Assembly (NCBI GenBank): GCA_026770705.1
Contig: JANJGN010000042.1
Location: forward strand, 1,054,001 to 1,118,000
Direction: 5' to 3'
Length of the DNA: 64,000 bases
DNA from: Isurus oxyrinchus
Taxonomy: Eukaryota
The notes beneath the pieces were generated by a model. It saw nothing but the letters and a program-made list of their open reading frames with translations, made no database searches and had not been told where the DNA came from. Made by a program: the position numbers and the translations under genes. Below, one piece after another: positions 61,811 to 64,000 of the stretch (positions within the stretch are counted from its first letter, which is position 1; every line of letters starts with the position of its first letter).

Positions 61811-64000
61811 TGCTCGTTTCCAGGGTGAGGGACACTGCCTCGCAGCTTCAGGCAAATGTGAAGTTTCGGGGATGGGGGATGGGGAAAGGGGGAGATCCAG
61901 TTACTGTGGTAGAATTAGGAATCAAGTTCTTCTAAGAGAGCAGTTAGAATTGAAATTAAAATGCAGAACGTCAAAGCCATTCTGACCGACATGATATTAG
62001 CATAGGTTCAAACAGAATAGATAATTCATCTCCTGGCGCAAAGAGTGGTGTGTGAATAAGGGGTTTCAATTCATGGGGTTGCGGCACAAGCACTCACTAA
62101 AGACAGGATTGTTCAATTGGCACAGGCTGTGCTGAAACATGGCTGGTGGCAGTGTCATGGTGAACTGTATAACTAGGGTTTCAGGTAGATCGTCAAATGT
62201 AGTGTGGGAGCAGAGTCGGTGTGAAGGGAGATGTAGAAATATGAAGATAAAACTCAAGGCAATAGAACAAACTAAAAACCAGCAGAGTGGATCAGGAAGG
62301 TGCAAAGAATTGAACAGTAATCCTGCATCAGAAAGTGAAAAAATAACGGCAATAGTAGCCGACATGAAATTAAATTATCCTTATCAGGTTGCAAAAAAAA
62401 AAACACCCACAATACGATAAGTCGATGAACTATTGTCACAAATCGAGATCAATGATTAACAGCTATTCTTCAATACAGAAACATAGCTGCACGGTGAACA
62501 AGGTTGTGAAATAATATTCCAGGCTACGCAATATTTCTAAAATGCAGACTCAATTGCCAAGGGGGACTGATAGTAAATGATGATATAAGGACCTTAGTGA
62601 GCAAGGGCCTTCGATCAGAAGATCATGTAGTGGAATCTGGTTAGGTGAATATTTTGGACAAAGAGAGTGGTGGGAGGAGCTTATACATCCACTAGGAGAA
62701 CCTAACAGTTGCACAGAGCATTAAACAAGAAATTGTTGGAACGTGTCACAAAGGCAATTTAATAAAACTGCCGAACTTTAATCCTCATAAAAATAGGGCT
62801 TAACAAAGTGACAAGGGTCGTCAAGTAGATGCATATTTCTTTGGAACAATGTATTGCGGAAAATTAGACACAGTTAATTATTAATCTCATTGTTAAAGAT
62901 TGGCCGGAACTTGTGACCGTAATGCATTTAACTTCCAATTTAAGCATGAGTGTGACATATTCTACCAAACAGTTGCATTCAATTTAAACAAAACCAATTG
63001 TTTAGAATGGGGAGAGGGCTGGATAAGTGTGGTTTGGGCAATATAATTACAGCAATGGAAGCTAATAAACAGTGGGAACCATTTCAAGAATAATTCAGAT
63101 TTTTCGAAAAAAATCATTCCATTGAAAAACCAAAAACTCAGCAAGAAAAATCACATCCGAGTATTAAGCAGGAAGTTAAGATAGCATCAGATTAAAAATA
63201 GAAACTTATATTGCTGCAAAGAGTAGGAGCAAGGCTGAGGATTGAGATTGTATTACAAACCATGAAAGGGTCAGCTGAAAGTTATTAAAAAGGAGGGAAA
63301 GTATTCAAAGTCAGAGCAAACTAGACAGGAGCATAAAAACCGATTGCAAAAACTTTGACAAGTTAAAAAAAATAAAAGTAGCTGAAGTAAACACCTACTA
63401 GTGTCAGGGGAATTTGTTATGGGGAATGACTAAATGGCAGAGTTACTGAATACATCAGTTGTGTGCAGTGCACAATGGAAATCACAAGATGCTCACCAGA
63501 AGTATTGGTTAACATAAGTGCTTTTAAGAGTGAATAAATTAAGGTAAGTTATATCAACAGAAAAATTACTGAGGAAAAAAACCCGGAAGTCCGACAAGTT
63601 CCCAGGGCCTGTTGGCATATAACCTGGGTGCCTAAAAGTGCCAGAGTCAGTGGATGCCCTGGCATTTAATTTTCGTTCACGGGATGTGGGTTTCGCTGGC
63701 TGGCCAGCATTTATTGCCCATTCCTAATTGCTCTTGAGCTAGTGAGCGAGCTTCTGGAAACTTGGCATTCTGTGTGGTGTAGGTGCACCCACCGTGCTGT
63801 TAGGGAGGGAGCTCGAGGTATTTCACCCAGCGACAGTGAAGGAAAGGCGATATATTTCCAAGTCAGAATGGTGAGTCATGTGGAAGGGAACTTCCAGATG
63901 GTGGCGTTCCCCTATATCTGGTTCCCTTGTCTTTCTAGATGGCAGTGCCTATGTGCTTGGAAGATGCTGTCGAAGGAGCCTTGTTGAATTCCTGCAGTGC

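Larger units (their letters stand above)
46490..64000 (+). repeat. Segmental tandem duplication, copy B (runs off the window end)
   Basis: Colinear with 28016-45326. Anchors: 28441/46945 (TM1), 36791/53619 (TM2), 37081/53908 (poly(A)), 43565/62069 and 45128/63638. Confidence 0.92.

Noticed and set aside
46490-64000. Copy B as a false haplotypic duplication of the assembly
   Set aside because: About 8% exon divergence, higher flank divergence and reciprocal 1.7-kb indels exceed plausible allelic variation, although read-level confirmation is still needed.
37100-64000. A second V/D/J or C exon set, or another gene downstream
   Set aside because: No Ig-domain ORF, RSS pair or other recognisable host exon was found on either strand by eye.
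1-64000. Prokaryotic-type systems (CRISPR arrays, operons, rRNA/tRNA genes)
   Set aside because: The sequence is vertebrate intron/exon DNA with LINE debris, and no such structures were seen.

Overview
Eukaryotic (cartilaginous fish, shark-type) genomic DNA carrying one complete, unrearranged IgNAR heavy-chain-only antibody cluster on the + strand. The order is: octamer/TATA promoter (~834-874), leader exon (967-1009), type II VNAR exon with CDR1 Cys (1152-1423), three D segments and one J, all with recombination signal sequences (RSSs; 1652-2791), a 12.4-kb retroelement-rich J-C intron, C1-C5 exons (15184-23563), secretory tail (to 23625), TM1 (28441-28598) and a two-codon TM2 exon (36791-36799) with its poly(A) signal. 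Every exon was checked for AG/GT boundaries and reading phase. The main surprise is that the whole membrane-exon cassette (TM1, TM2, 3' UTR and ~9 kb of downstream DNA) is duplicated head-to-tail. Copy A spans ~28016-46489 and copy B spans 46490 to beyond the window end. Copy B has an intact TM2 and poly(A) site, but its TM1 has a +1 frameshift in an A-run. The copies also share patches of perfect identity that stand out from their overall divergence. The rest is mostly CR1/L2-type LINE debris, including nested and copy-specific insertions, a probable solo LTR, and a ~390-bp palindrome made of two inverted LINE ends. Most short ORFs in the track are LINE fragments or noise. The species cannot be assigned from the sequence alone.
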